The notes under the pieces are model-generated. The model made no database searches, was not told the origin of the DNA, and saw nothing but the letters and a program-made list of their open reading frames with translations. The translations under genes and the position numbers were made by a program. Positions 45,494 through 56,338 of a DNA stretch of 64,000 bases are shown piece by piece. Within the stretch, counting starts at the first letter, position 1, and each line of letters starts with the position of its first letter. The stretch is from Carpediemonas membranifera BICM (taxonomy: Eukaryota; Protista; Fornicata): NCBI GenBank assembly GCA_019828565.1, contig JAHDYR010000006.1, positions 1 through 64,000 of the forward strand. Direction: 5' to 3'.

Positions 45494-47782
45494 TCAGTAC
45501 TTAGGGTACTGCGGCCCCACCAACGAGTTTGCCATCAACAGGGCGACTAGAGCAAAGTATGTGAGCGAAAAGACGCCCATTGGTACCACCCAGGCAATAA
45601 CAACCTTGCCAACAAGAGTGGAGATGAGTGTGCAGGTGCAACCAAGCAACACAACGATGAATCCCGCAAACGGCATCATTAACGCACACTTGATCGTCAG
45701 GGGCACCTCGAACTGAAGCACTGACAACTCTGGCACGGTGGAGTCCACAGAGTTCACACCTACTAAATAAAGCACGAACCCCACGATCACGCTGCCAACC
45801 AGGATGAACTGTGTGCTCACTGACAGCCAGTGCACCACCAGGGACCAGTGAACGGGGCTCACGGGACGTTCGGGGCCAGTGCTGGGCTTCGGCTTGAGCT
45901 CCTCGCCGTCTGCTCTCGCTGGCTGGTGGAATTCGCTCAAGTCATCGCCTAAGTCGTCGTTTGGGCGATGATCCCTTGCTCCAACGGGCCAGTCGTCTGA
46001 GTCGGGGTTGAGTAGTGTCGCGTGTTGGTCATCGTCGATTGGATCTTCAAGATCTGCGTGATCTTCGTCAAATCTATCCATAGGCTGACTTGAGCACATC
46101 ATGACATGAGAGTTGCCAAAGATACCCTTGGTGGCTTGCTTGCCGTCAAGGAGCGAGCGGAGAGATCTTGGCCGGCGGTCCTTTCTATACGCGAAGAGGG
46201 CAAGCACTGCGTTGAAGGGCGCCTCAAGGCATGCAACGGCGAATACCGAGCAGCAGCAACCGATGCCAAGGAGGGGGTTCGCCGCTAGACTGACGAGTTC
46301 GAGAGATGCGATCGAGAAGGATATGTAGCCGGAGTCCATGTCGATAAATGTAAAGGTGGTCTCATCGGGCTGGGGTGTTTGATTGGACCACACGATCGGA
46401 TCAAGATTTGATTGAATCAAAGGTCCAGATTTCAACATTAGGTTGCCATCCTTAGTATGGAGGAAAGACATCGAGCTAAACTTGAGAATTGGGGCGAGGA
46501 AGTCGTAGTGCGATATCCTGCAGTTTCGAACACTAGCAACGGAGAACCACCCGAACGGGGAAGATGACGAGAGCTTCTCGCGGTCGACAACGGGGTCCGG
46601 CACGTTCTCATTGAGGAAATAGGAGCTGAAGTCCTGAATGAAGGCCGTCCGCAAGATGCTGGCTCCGTTGGTGTTGAGGATAAACCCGACGTTATTCTGC
46701 ACATTGAAAGCAAAACGCGAGTGCGAGCCCGGGAAATCTCCGTCGTGTACTGTCCAATCATTCCAGTTGCTCTTGACCTCGTAGAACTGGAGATCCACGC
46801 CTGGGACGTATGATACGTTCGCCGCCTTCCATAGTGGTCTGTGCATCCGCTCGGCAAGGTTGGATGAGATGATGGTGGTGCCTGTAGTGGGGTTGGTACC
46901 GTTATACATATGTGCAAGTAGGAACTTAAGTAAATCATTGGCGTTAGAGTACAAGTTGCCTGCTGGCGCGAGGTTCCAGGCTGGGTGATAGTCCGATTGG
47001 TAACCAAAGGACGGCTGGTACTGCGCCTTGCTTATCCTGGTCTCGTCGAGCTCCCAGTAGTTGAAGGAGGAGCTTGTCATCCCGAGAGGTTCAAAGATCT
47101 TGGTCTTGGCAAGAGATTCAAAGTCACCATCGCGCAGCTTCTCTACAATGTAACCGAGCAGAGCAACGCCGTGGTTTGAGTAGCTGACCGTCTCCCCTGG
47201 CTTGCGGATAATGGGAGGAAACCAGTGGGTGATGAAGTTACCGAGCTTGACCTTCTCGCTCTCGTCATGAATGAAAAGAGAGAGTACAGACTCGTCGATG
47301 CCCGCGGTGTGCGTCATCAGCTGCCACACCTCAAGTTCCTGCCGCTTGTGGCTGCAGAAAGAGGGGATATACTGGCAAATACCCCCATAACGATAGAACA
47401 ACGACGACGACATCGACGGAACCACGTCGAGAACCCGGGAGTCGAGGTCAACAAGGTTGTCCTGTACGCACTGCAAGAACATCGTGGCGGTGACGATCTT
47501 ACTGATGGAGGCGCATGGGAAGATAGTATCGGTGGTGAAAGGTACCTCGACCTTGGAGCCCCCTTCCGTCTTCTGGTAGGCAGAACCGAAGCCACTGCTG
47601 TATAGTATGGTCGTATCCTGTACGATTGTGAGAACACCGCCGCTCCAGACGTGATCATGGTCATTCTCTGTCTGTGAAGCAAGCCAACTCTCGGCCCAAG
47701 CAGAAACTGCATCCACAGAAAGTTCTACACGACAAAACGCTAATGCGACTAAGATTAGCACGCATAGCAGTGTTTTGAGCAT
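45494..47782 (-). CDS. Beta-lactamase-family (S12) serine hydrolase with signal peptide and C-terminal TM helices
   Basis: SxxK (ASISK), LMTHTAG, YSN, PLGM, HDG. Signal peptide MLKTLLCVLILVALAFC. Confidence 0.88.
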   Translation of the reverse strand: MLKTLLCVLILVALAFCRVELSVDAVSAWAESWLASQTENDHDHVWSGGVLTIVQDTTILYSSGFGSAYQKTEGGSKVEVPFTTDTIFPCASISKIVTATMFLQCVQDNLVDLDSRVLDVVPSMSSSLFYRYGGICQYIPSFCSHKRQELEVWQLMTHTAGIDESVLSLFIHDESEKVKLGNFITHWFPPIIRKPGETVSYSNHGVALLGYIVEKLRDGDFESLAKTKIFEPLGMTSSSFNYWELDETRISKAQYQPSFGYQSDYHPAWNLAPAGNLYSNANDLLKFLLAHMYNGTNPTTGTTIISSNLAERMHRPLWKAANVSYVPGVDLQFYEVKSNWNDWTVHDGDFPGSHSRFAFNVQNNVGFILNTNGASILRTAFIQDFSSYFLNENVPDPVVDREKLSSSSPFGWFSVASVRNCRISHYDFLAPILKFSSMSFLHTKDGNLMLKSGPLIQSNLDPIVWSNQTPQPDETTFTFIDMDSGYISFSIASLELVSLAANPLLGIGCCCSVFAVACLEAPFNAVLALFAYRKDRRPRSLRSLLDGKQATKGIFGNSHVMMCSSQPMDRFDEDHADLEDPIDDDQHATLLNPDSDDWPVGARDHRPNDDLGDDLSEFHQPARADGEELKPKPSTGPERPVSPVHWSLVVHWLSVSTQFILVGSVIVGFVLYLVGVNSVDSTVPELSVLQFEVPLTIKCALMMPFAGFIVVLLGCTCTLISTLVGKVVIAWVVPMGVFSLTYFALVALLMANSLVGPQYPKY

Positions 47783-48023
47783 TATTCGCGATCGTGTCCT
47801 CGAATGTCTCCACTCAAAGTCCGGGATTTGATCGATCTCATCCTCGATGCCGGATTGGTATGAACGAAGAACGGCGATGTGTGCCCTCTCGTTAGTGCTC
47901 GGCGGCAGAAATTGAGGCAGATGGCTTGGGACTGCTGGCGAAGTCGACTCAAGGGACGGATTTAACAATGCGACAGTTATATAGCGTGTATATCACGCAT
48001 ATGTAACAAGTAAACGACTCAGG

Positions 48024-51000
48024 TCAGGTCAAATGGGTCTGGACGAGGTGGAATGCGAGAGCGAAAGACTGGAGTCGCTTCAACCGACGAGAGAAGAGCC
48101 ATGCGAATGTAGCACACGCGGATACGATCATGTACAGCGCGCCGAAGAAGACAATGTATCCGAGAACGAGCAGCACGCCCGACACCCTCTGCGCCCTTCG
48201 CCCGAACTCGGCATCGAGGGCCTCAGACAATTCGATGATATGTGCCGCCGACCTTCTATGTGCCTCGGTAGAGAGGGCGTCGCTGTTCTCGTACTTTGGG
48301 GCGATTTCCGTGAACATAGTCATGTCGGCGTGATAAGCTGCGAAAAGAGTGGGAATGCGATCAACGTCGAGGCCTGAAGCAGTATAGGCGACGAACGGGT
48401 TGTCCCATGCATTGGCGTAGAGCGAGGGGATGTCCCTGGCGAGTGAGGCCAACGACCGTGTGACCGGGGAGACGTCTCTCTCGATGGGGCTTCCCGTGTC
48501 CGCCACGATCGCCTGGCTTGCCCCTGCCAGAGCTACGGCGTTCAGCGAGGCTACATCGATCAAGTTTGCGTTCATTCGGAGAATTGCGATGTTACCGATA
48601 AAAACTACCGCGAAGGCCGGCAATGTCAGCATGGCGTATAGCGCCACCACTCGCACGCATCCAGACAAGAGCGGCCGAAGAGTTCCCGCGAGGTCGCTGA
48701 CCCGCTTCTCCTGGTGCCTCGAGAACCCCCGATGGGCCGTGCCGATGAGGATACCGGGAATGACGATGGCGACGAAGATGACAATCGGGACGAGAGCGAA
48801 GGCGAAGACCACCGCCTGCCTGTTGATCGAGATGACCGTTGAACACCACGCAACCGTCCGCGCCGCCCTGTTCCGGGCCATCGTCTGCATATCCTGCGCG
48901 GCATCCAGCATACGTCCCATATCAGACGCGATGATCTTGTCCGATAGTACAAGATCCCAAGCCATACCGAGCTTCGTCGAGTCGGGGAGGGTCAGGTCGA
49001 ACGTAGAGTTGGTGAATCTGCCCGTATCTCGCTCTCGACCGCTCAGGACATCCCACGTGACAGTACTGAATGTCGTGTCGTCAGGGTCGTGAACCGACAC
49101 GGCTAGCCGGGCTGCTACGGTTGCAGCGGTGTAGATACCTTCAGCATGACTGAGGAAAGTTTCGCCAATGGTGTTGTGAGCGGCGAGCAGGATCTCAAGC
49201 TCGGCCAATGCGCGTGATGTATGTGTCACCGCGCTTTCCGAACCGGTGGCGACCACTCGCTGTGTGTGGTATAGTGCATCACTCGTGACAGCGATAATAT
49301 GGGCGAGGGATGTCCTTTCTTGAGCAATATCTAGAAAATCTGAGTCAATTTCAAGATATTCAGCACCGACAATTAGCCCTACTTCAAACACGAGGTGACA
49401 CAGTACAATTGCTGCGACAGTGAGCAGACCCGCGTTGACAGTTTGACCAAGCCGACGCTCGGGCCAGACTACGTTGAGAAGAACGAAAATGGCGGCCACG
49501 AGGAGCAGCTGAACTACAGGCGGGGCAACAAGCATGGCGAAGTCGAGGGTCAGGCTTCTGTCGATGAGCGACTCCGTCTCGGCCTCGAGAGTGTCAGCGA
49601 GACCTTTGAGGGCGGCCACCCCCGCCTTGAGCCAGTCGGCCTGCTGCTGGTCATAAACAATGGCCTGGGCGATGGCGAGCTGGGTCGTGCTGTTGAGGGC
49701 AAGATCGTAGGCCTTGTCGCTGTACCAGAGCGTCCTGCCGAACCGCTCGCTCCTGATCTCGCTCGAGCCCTCAGCGGAGTAGTTCCACGCAAACCCGGGG
49801 ATGTCAACCGATGCCAGACCGTACCCCTGGCCGGCGAGGATGACAGCGATAATGTGGTCATGGCGTCTGCGGGACATGTCCTCGATGAACCGGGCCATTG
49901 ATCGTCCAGAGCCGATGGAGGGGATGACGTGGTTCACCTCTATGGCCTTGTCGATAGCATCGCCAAACGCCTTGATATCCACATATTTGAACGAATCATA
50001 GGATCCCTTGACGAATCTGGGGAGGTGGAAATCTATCAACGCCTCGGTCTTGACAAGCGGCGCGATGTCGACCTCCATATGATCGCCCAAATCAGCCCAG
50101 CGGGCCTCGCTCCATGAACCGTAGCGTCCGGTGAGACCGAGACTGAGGCAGACGGCAGAAATGGCGACAGAGACGACTGCCAGGGCTGTGGCAACGACGA
50201 TGAGGCCGGGGCGACCAAGCCCGACGCCCTTGAGCCTGCGGAAGCGGTATTTGAGGGCTGCAGCAATACCAGAACTTTGCCTGGCACGTGGGTGTGCAGG
50301 GCGTCTGATCGCGGCGTCGAGTTCAGACATTGAACCATCAGAATCGGCACGCGAGGCACTAGTGTCACTATCCTGCACTGCGGCAATAAATCCATCAAGA
50401 TCCGATATATCCAACTGCATCTCCTCCAGCCCAATCAGCGGGTCAAACAAGGACACCTCGCTAGAGCTGGTGCTCGACTCAGAACCAGACTCGGGTGCGA
50501 TGTGGACGATCTCATCGGGGGTGTCGGCAAATACGACGCGTCTGGCCCCGGTGCCAATGGGCGTGGCCTGCATATCTCCCATCATGCTGTCGTCAGCGCT
50601 GTCGGGGAAGTCTTTGATGGTCCCCTTGTTCTCACCGTTGCCCGCGGCCTGGTCCTCCATCGCCTCAGGGGTGAAGTGGGCGACGTCTGGTCGATAGCCG
50701 TCGTCGTCAGCGAGGGTGATGTCCTTGAAGCTTTCCCGAGCTATGAATGTCAGTCGAATCTTCCTCCGGATTTGTATATCAGATACGAGAAGACAGCGTC
50801 CGACAACATCGTCGCAGTGCTTGGTAACTGAAGGAAACAGCTGCGTGTTGAGCCAGAAGGCAAGCGAAGTCAGCGCGGCGATCTCAGCAAGAATAAGGAG
50901 GAGGAAAAGAACCGCGATAAAGGCGATGGCTGAACTCATGTTGCTGTAGATGGCGCCGAGGAGAACACGGAATGCAGGCAGGAGCATACGGGCTCCATTG

Positions 51001-54000
51001 AGACTGAGAGAGTGGCTCGTGGCGTCGTCAGACACACCAGAGTCGAGAACATGTTGTAACGCGTCCTTGACCGCACTAGTGAGTGTGGTAAGTGAGGAGG
51101 AGGCAACCGAGAGTGTCACAGGGCATGTGTCATGTGCGATGAACACCAGGCTGCTTAGATCCATGGTTGATTCGACCGCAAGGAGATCGTCTTCGATATT
51201 AGATATGGTGGCGATCGCCGAATCAAGAGTACTCGCGATATCAGGCCATCCATCAGAGAAGTAAGAAGAAGAGTCGTTCAACTGTGTCGCGAGTGCCGCC
51301 AATGTGCCAAGATGTAACGCGTGTGACGCGTCATGGACGATCTCGACCTGTTCCATTCCGAACTGATGGATGAAAACGAGCATGCCAAGGATGCACCCGA
51401 TGAGCACCTGCAAGAGGACGACAAGCGCAGTGAATGTGAGTGAAACGCGTATAATGCGCACTGGGCCTCGCATGTGTTCCTTGGTTGATATGGCAGCTGT
51501 GGCCACTGATCCAACAGAGGAGACGGACGTGGGGGCGGTCGATGGTGAGGACTCGGAGCTGCTGGACTCGGACCTCATTCGCTGGGCGGCCGCGTGGTCT
51601 TGCAGGACAGTGTCGAGGAACAAGCAGTACCACTCGGCGACGAGTGGGTCAGCAGGGTTACGGCGGTGGAGGGCCGAGTACAGGGCGTTCGCTTTGAGCG
51701 CGCTCTTGCCAACACTTTGGACCAAGGTCGTAAACTGCACAATGTTCATCTGGCTGGCGAGGACGACAGGCCAAAGCTTGCTCATTCGTACGAGGGTCCG
51801 GAGGTGCTGCTCCCGTGCGTCTGCCAGCATCTTCTGTGTGCTAAGGTAGGCCGACGCCTTGTCCTCGCCGTCTAGCGCATGGATGAACTGCATGTGCTCG
51901 ATGTACGCCTCGATCCCGGTCACCATGATCCTGTTTGACGGTGTCATTTCAGTGAAATAGTCCATTTTGATTATCTCCCACATCTGTTGTGCCGAGTCAA
52001 TCATATCTGGGACCTGCACCCCGAATTTGATCTGGGCCATCCTGAGAGCGATCGTGGTCCGGCTGTCGTACTGAGCGCAGGCCTGTCTGAAGATCTTGAG
52101 CGCCAGCTTGACTGTATTGGCGCGCTGAGTGGCACAGCTAGGCCCAGCCGCCTCGCCCAGGCCATTACCATGGGCGACCACACCCCTGTAAGCACACAGC
52201 GGTCTTGTTCCGACCTCTATAGTCTTCACCGAGAGCCCCATGAGATCGGCCCGTCCCAATGTGGCTGGGGGGTTGAGTGCCAGCTGCTGGATGACGGCGC
52301 TCCTTGCCTTGGGGTGGAGTACTATGGTTCTTAGCACGTCGATGGGGCGGGTGCATATGTGTCCGTCGCCGAGGATGACTGCGAATACGAGTTGTTCGCA
52401 GTACCGGATGCGGAGGAAAGTGAGATACGCTGAGAGTGGGATAATGGCGCATGATACAGCCCCAACGAGGGCGAATAAGAAAGCAAGGGGGGTTGAGTCG
52501 GATGTAACGACCAGCTGAGCGAATGAAAGCACCGACACAAGCCCGCATGAGATCATTGCTGAGACCATTGAGGAGACCGCAACGACAGAGCCGATCGTGT
52601 TGATGGGGGTATTCGTAAATGTCGCCAGAGCCCTGTTTCCACTTACAACCGCCCCAATGAAACCAACTATGGCTGCGTAGAACAGGAAAGTGAGCCTATC
52701 CTCCTCGTCTTCTGTGCCCAAGTCCTTTGCCCCAAGACCAACTGCGGCCCCAAGCAACACCTGGCACACCATGGTTGATATTGACACACTCAGCCACTGG
52801 GAAGGGTATAGCGAGTACCACACTGGAGGCGAGTTGACCGCTGCAGAGTGGATGATGTTGTACCAGAGGCCAAGGGATAGGAGCAGTAGGCTGGTGATGG
52901 TCAGGATGATGACCTGAATGACGGAGGAGGGCGAGGGCGAGGTGTCGGCGAGGAATCGGTAGGCTGGGGCGAGGGCAAGATAAACCCCTACAGATGCATA
53001 AATAGGCACGAGGACAACGTAAATGTGGACAATCGACCCCATCCGGAGTACTGGACGAAAGAGCTTGACGGTCTTAGCGCGCCTCGTCCTGGCAGCATGG
53101 AAGGTGAGCAAGAGCGGGAGGAGGACGAATGCAGAGACGAACGCCCAGGACACTACGGGGGTGGTGTATGGGCCAATCACCGCACTCGAAGCTGGTATAA
53201 AAATGAGCGACAGATGGTCATAAACTGCGCGGAAAGCTGCACTATGGGAAGCAGCACAAGCCAGGCCTGCGATAAAGGGCATGATAACACTATACATGAG
53301 CAGCACCATTGCCGCCGGGGTATTCCACGGTCTCGTCTTCCTGTGTGGGTCGAACAGAGCCTCGTGGAGATGCTCTGCCCAGTCCTGCCTGTCCTTGGCC
53401 TGTAGCAGCTGTTGGGTACGTTCCCTGACTGCTTCTGACCTCAGCTGCTGTCTGCGGACGTTGTTGATACTCGCCTGCTCTGTCAAGAACTGGCTGATAG
53501 CGAGGCAGGCCTGACCAACGAGGTCAAGCTGGGCTGGAGTCAGCCTCCGTGTATTCCTAAACATATTAGCCGCGTCCTCAATGTCAACACCGGCCTCAGT
53601 TGCCATTTCCCCGATAAGTTCGTCCACATCCGGGCTTGGCGAGGCGGAGGTAACTCCCCCCACGCTGATCACGCCGAGGGCCGCACCGTCAAGATGTATG
53701 GCAGACGCGCACTCGGACATGAGACCACAGGGGCAGGATCCAACGAAGTATCTGCTTGCTGCCATCGTGGTGTGCGTCTGGCGATGGGCACCGCAAAACA
53801 CAATGCCGGGACCGAGACCGGCTTTCAAAGTTTGGCAAATGGGTGCGTCAGGATATTCGATCGTGATGGCGTTGCTTGCTGTGTCATAGATGGTCGCATT
53901 GACGCCATATGTGCTGCTAAACTTGTCGAGAAGGGCGTTGAGGCGGGAAACATCAAAGAGCCCGGAAATCGTTGTTTTGGACATCAGAGAACCTGCTTTG

Positions 54001-54155
54001 ATCATTTCATCGTCAAAAACAAGCCACCGGGCAAGCCTGGGTAGCTCTTGTCTTAGTTCTGTCGGTGATGAAGCGCTGCGAGAGAAAATACTACCCAAAA
54101 CTGTCTCGAAGTCATATTCTTGGTCTACAAAAGATGTGCTTGATGTAGTATCCAT
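48024..54155 (-). CDS. ~2040-aa polytopic membrane protein: N-terminal PocR-like sensor + TmcB-like region
   Basis: LLDKFS..YGV...C...CPCGL.ECASAI.LDG.ALG.I..GGV is PocR-like. Many TMs follow. YSALHRRNPADPLVAEWYCLFLDTVLQD matches the TmcB-type TPR motif. Confidence 0.75.
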   Translation of the reverse strand: MDTTSSTSFVDQEYDFETVLGSIFSRSASSPTELRQELPRLARWLVFDDEMIKAGSLMSKTTISGLFDVSRLNALLDKFSSTYGVNATIYDTASNAITIEYPDAPICQTLKAGLGPGIVFCGAHRQTHTTMAASRYFVGSCPCGLMSECASAIHLDGAALGVISVGGVTSASPSPDVDELIGEMATEAGVDIEDAANMFRNTRRLTPAQLDLVGQACLAISQFLTEQASINNVRRQQLRSEAVRERTQQLLQAKDRQDWAEHLHEALFDPHRKTRPWNTPAAMVLLMYSVIMPFIAGLACAASHSAAFRAVYDHLSLIFIPASSAVIGPYTTPVVSWAFVSAFVLLPLLLTFHAARTRRAKTVKLFRPVLRMGSIVHIYVVLVPIYASVGVYLALAPAYRFLADTSPSPSSVIQVIILTITSLLLLSLGLWYNIIHSAAVNSPPVWYSLYPSQWLSVSISTMVCQVLLGAAVGLGAKDLGTEDEEDRLTFLFYAAIVGFIGAVVSGNRALATFTNTPINTIGSVVAVSSMVSAMISCGLVSVLSFAQLVVTSDSTPLAFLFALVGAVSCAIIPLSAYLTFLRIRYCEQLVFAVILGDGHICTRPIDVLRTIVLHPKARSAVIQQLALNPPATLGRADLMGLSVKTIEVGTRPLCAYRGVVAHGNGLGEAAGPSCATQRANTVKLALKIFRQACAQYDSRTTIALRMAQIKFGVQVPDMIDSAQQMWEIIKMDYFTEMTPSNRIMVTGIEAYIEHMQFIHALDGEDKASAYLSTQKMLADAREQHLRTLVRMSKLWPVVLASQMNIVQFTTLVQSVGKSALKANALYSALHRRNPADPLVAEWYCLFLDTVLQDHAAAQRMRSESSSSESSPSTAPTSVSSVGSVATAAISTKEHMRGPVRIIRVSLTFTALVVLLQVLIGCILGMLVFIHQFGMEQVEIVHDASHALHLGTLAALATQLNDSSSYFSDGWPDIASTLDSAIATISNIEDDLLAVESTMDLSSLVFIAHDTCPVTLSVASSSLTTLTSAVKDALQHVLDSGVSDDATSHSLSLNGARMLLPAFRVLLGAIYSNMSSAIAFIAVLFLLLILAEIAALTSLAFWLNTQLFPSVTKHCDDVVGRCLLVSDIQIRRKIRLTFIARESFKDITLADDDGYRPDVAHFTPEAMEDQAAGNGENKGTIKDFPDSADDSMMGDMQATPIGTGARRVVFADTPDEIVHIAPESGSESSTSSSEVSLFDPLIGLEEMQLDISDLDGFIAAVQDSDTSASRADSDGSMSELDAAIRRPAHPRARQSSGIAAALKYRFRRLKGVGLGRPGLIVVATALAVVSVAISAVCLSLGLTGRYGSWSEARWADLGDHMEVDIAPLVKTEALIDFHLPRFVKGSYDSFKYVDIKAFGDAIDKAIEVNHVIPSIGSGRSMARFIEDMSRRRHDHIIAVILAGQGYGLASVDIPGFAWNYSAEGSSEIRSERFGRTLWYSDKAYDLALNSTTQLAIAQAIVYDQQQADWLKAGVAALKGLADTLEAETESLIDRSLTLDFAMLVAPPVVQLLLVAAIFVLLNVVWPERRLGQTVNAGLLTVAAIVLCHLVFEVGLIVGAEYLEIDSDFLDIAQERTSLAHIIAVTSDALYHTQRVVATGSESAVTHTSRALAELEILLAAHNTIGETFLSHAEGIYTAATVAARLAVSVHDPDDTTFSTVTWDVLSGRERDTGRFTNSTFDLTLPDSTKLGMAWDLVLSDKIIASDMGRMLDAAQDMQTMARNRAARTVAWCSTVISINRQAVVFAFALVPIVIFVAIVIPGILIGTAHRGFSRHQEKRVSDLAGTLRPLLSGCVRVVALYAMLTLPAFAVVFIGNIAILRMNANLIDVASLNAVALAGASQAIVADTGSPIERDVSPVTRSLASLARDIPSLYANAWDNPFVAYTASGLDVDRIPTLFAAYHADMTMFTEIAPKYENSDALSTEAHRRSAAHIIELSEALDAEFGRRAQRVSGVLLVLGYIVFFGALYMIVSACATFAWLFSRRLKRLQSFALAFHLVQTHLT

Positions 54156-54370
54156 CTTCAATGGCCAAACTTCCTCTTCAGCTCCTTCCACCACTGAATT
54201 TGGTGGAGAATTTTTGAATGCGCCATATTTCCATCATATCTCGAGATCCGGCAGAAGATACAAAACTGCACATCTCCCCTTCCCTTCGAATCTACAGCCC
54301 CTCCCTGCCCGCCAGCCGACCTCGCACCCAGACCCAACCCGACCAAATCACCGAGTCTCAAATCCACTCT

Positions 54371-56134
54371 TTAATAAAAACACAAGTCGATCATCTTCTC
54401 CTCGATCTCCTCAAAGGTCGGTCTCAGCTCATGATCCATCCTGAGGCATGACTTGACCAGCACCTTGAGCTCGGAGTCCTCGATGCGGTCCAAGTCAGGC
54501 GTCTCGCCACCACAGACCTTATGCTGCACCTGGACGGCGTTGAGACCGTACCAGGGCTCCTCCTCGGCCATCAGCTCCCATGCGACGATACCGAAAGCGA
54601 ACACATCGGCCTCCTTCGTGGCGTCCTTTCCTCCAAGGACCTCAGGCGCCATGTACCGCCATGTTCCCGCCATGTCGGGACTAGAAGCCGTAGTGGCTGC
54701 CGACGTGATCACACTGAGACCGAAATCTGACACGAGCGCCCAGTACCTCTCGTCCGAGGCAGCTGGGGGCGGAGTGTGTTTCATGAGGATGTTGGCAGGC
54801 TTCAGGTCGCGGTGGATGATGCCGTTGTCGTGGAGGTGGCCCATTCCTCCCGCTACTTGTCTCAGAATGTGCATCTTATCCTTGGCCGTAAACTGCTCGG
54901 GCTTGAATCCATGGAGGTCGTCGTCGAGACTATTGGCGCATAGATCCATGACCAAGTTCATTGTACGCCGCTCCATATCGACGTGTATGCCGTAGAGCCT
55001 GACTACGTTCGTGTGAGCCAGCGCAGTGTGCACCTTAAGCTCGTTGACAGTGTCCTGATAAGAACGACGGGTCACACCAGCAGTGATGGTCTTGATGGCG
55101 ACGGGGAGGCCCTTCTCTGGGCACCCGTCGACGTAGAAAGTGCCCTTGTACACCTGGCCGAAGGACCCAGCGCCGATGAGGGCGGCCTTGTCGTCCGTGT
55201 AGTCGAGGTGGTCGGCGGGAATCTCGACCACGCCTCCACGGAACTCGTCGGCGGCCATGGCTACGTCCTCCTCGTCGGGGACGTCCTGCAGGCGTCTGTT
55301 GGCGTCCGCGAGGGCTCTCATCGCTTCAACCTCGTCCCTTCTGTCCTGGGCATCAGCGGCAAGATATGAAAGCATCGTATCTCTAAATACAGCCAGATCG
55401 CGAGATATCTCGTCTCTACGGTCTCTCAGGAGCTCCTGGTAGCCGTCCGTAACCCCCAGACTGGTCCAGGGCTGCCCGACACGGCCCTTGGCCCGATTGG
55501 TAGCAGTGTCGGCGTACACCAGCTTGTCCCTGATAGCGGGGTTGGAGATGGACATGGAGCCTAGGGGCATGCCGACACGACCGAGGCGCCTGTTGTATGG
55601 GTTGTCGACATAGACTGGGGTGGGCTTGGAAGTGATGGCGCCAGACTTCGAGCCAACCATGGAGCCGTGGGGCATGCCCACTCGTCCGAGGGCGCGGTTC
55701 ATGCTGTTGTCCACGTACACCTTCACTCCGCCCTTGCTCGGGGAGGCTGACGACGAGGCAGAGGGGCTCTTCGAGTGAACCATGGAGCCATGCGGCATCC
55801 CGACCCGGCCCAGTTGGCGGTTAAGACTGTTGTCCACGTACACCTTCGGGCTCCTCTCGGCTTTGGCGCTGGAGGCGGTGCTGGAACCGACCGAGGGCTT
55901 TGTAGAGGACTGTGAGTAGACCGCGGAGCCGTGTGGCATACCAACACGTCCAAGACTGCGATTCAGACTGTTATCCACGTATGTACGGGAAGAGGTGGAT
56001 CTCGAAGCACTGTAGGATGATCCAGCACTGCTGCCGCCGCCACCACTTGAACGGGAAACAACCATCGAGCCCATCGGCATACCTGCACGACCTAGACTTC
56101 TGTTCGCCGCATTGTTAGCGTACGTGCGGCCCAT
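54371..56134 (-). CDS. TKL-group protein kinase with six N-terminal YVDNxxNRxLGRVGMP repeats
   Basis: IGAGSFG, VAIK, HRDLKPAN, DFG, GTWRYMAPE. Confidence 0.95.
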   Translation of the reverse strand: MGRTYANNAANRSLGRAGMPMGSMVVSRSSGGGGSSAGSSYSASRSTSSRTYVDNSLNRSLGRVGMPHGSAVYSQSSTKPSVGSSTASSAKAERSPKVYVDNSLNRQLGRVGMPHGSMVHSKSPSASSSASPSKGGVKVYVDNSMNRALGRVGMPHGSMVGSKSGAITSKPTPVYVDNPYNRRLGRVGMPLGSMSISNPAIRDKLVYADTATNRAKGRVGQPWTSLGVTDGYQELLRDRRDEISRDLAVFRDTMLSYLAADAQDRRDEVEAMRALADANRRLQDVPDEEDVAMAADEFRGGVVEIPADHLDYTDDKAALIGAGSFGQVYKGTFYVDGCPEKGLPVAIKTITAGVTRRSYQDTVNELKVHTALAHTNVVRLYGIHVDMERRTMNLVMDLCANSLDDDLHGFKPEQFTAKDKMHILRQVAGGMGHLHDNGIIHRDLKPANILMKHTPPPAASDERYWALVSDFGLSVITSAATTASSPDMAGTWRYMAPEVLGGKDATKEADVFAFGIVAWELMAEEEPWYGLNAVQVQHKVCGGETPDLDRIEDSELKVLVKSCLRMDHELRPTFEEIEEKMIDLCFY

Positions 56135-56338
56135 TCCGCCCGTCTTTCTTCAGCGCGCTTTTTGACACCCATCCGACTGTGCCCGAGTCACGGCTGTGAC
56201 GATGGCAGGCCTATAAATGTAATGTGCTCATCTCACACTCCCATTTGCCCCTGTTTTGGTTTTTGTTGTGTCGACTCGCACGCCTGTCAAATAAAAAGTT
56301 TAAAATGGCAATTGTGCCCGACTGCATGTCTCCATCGC

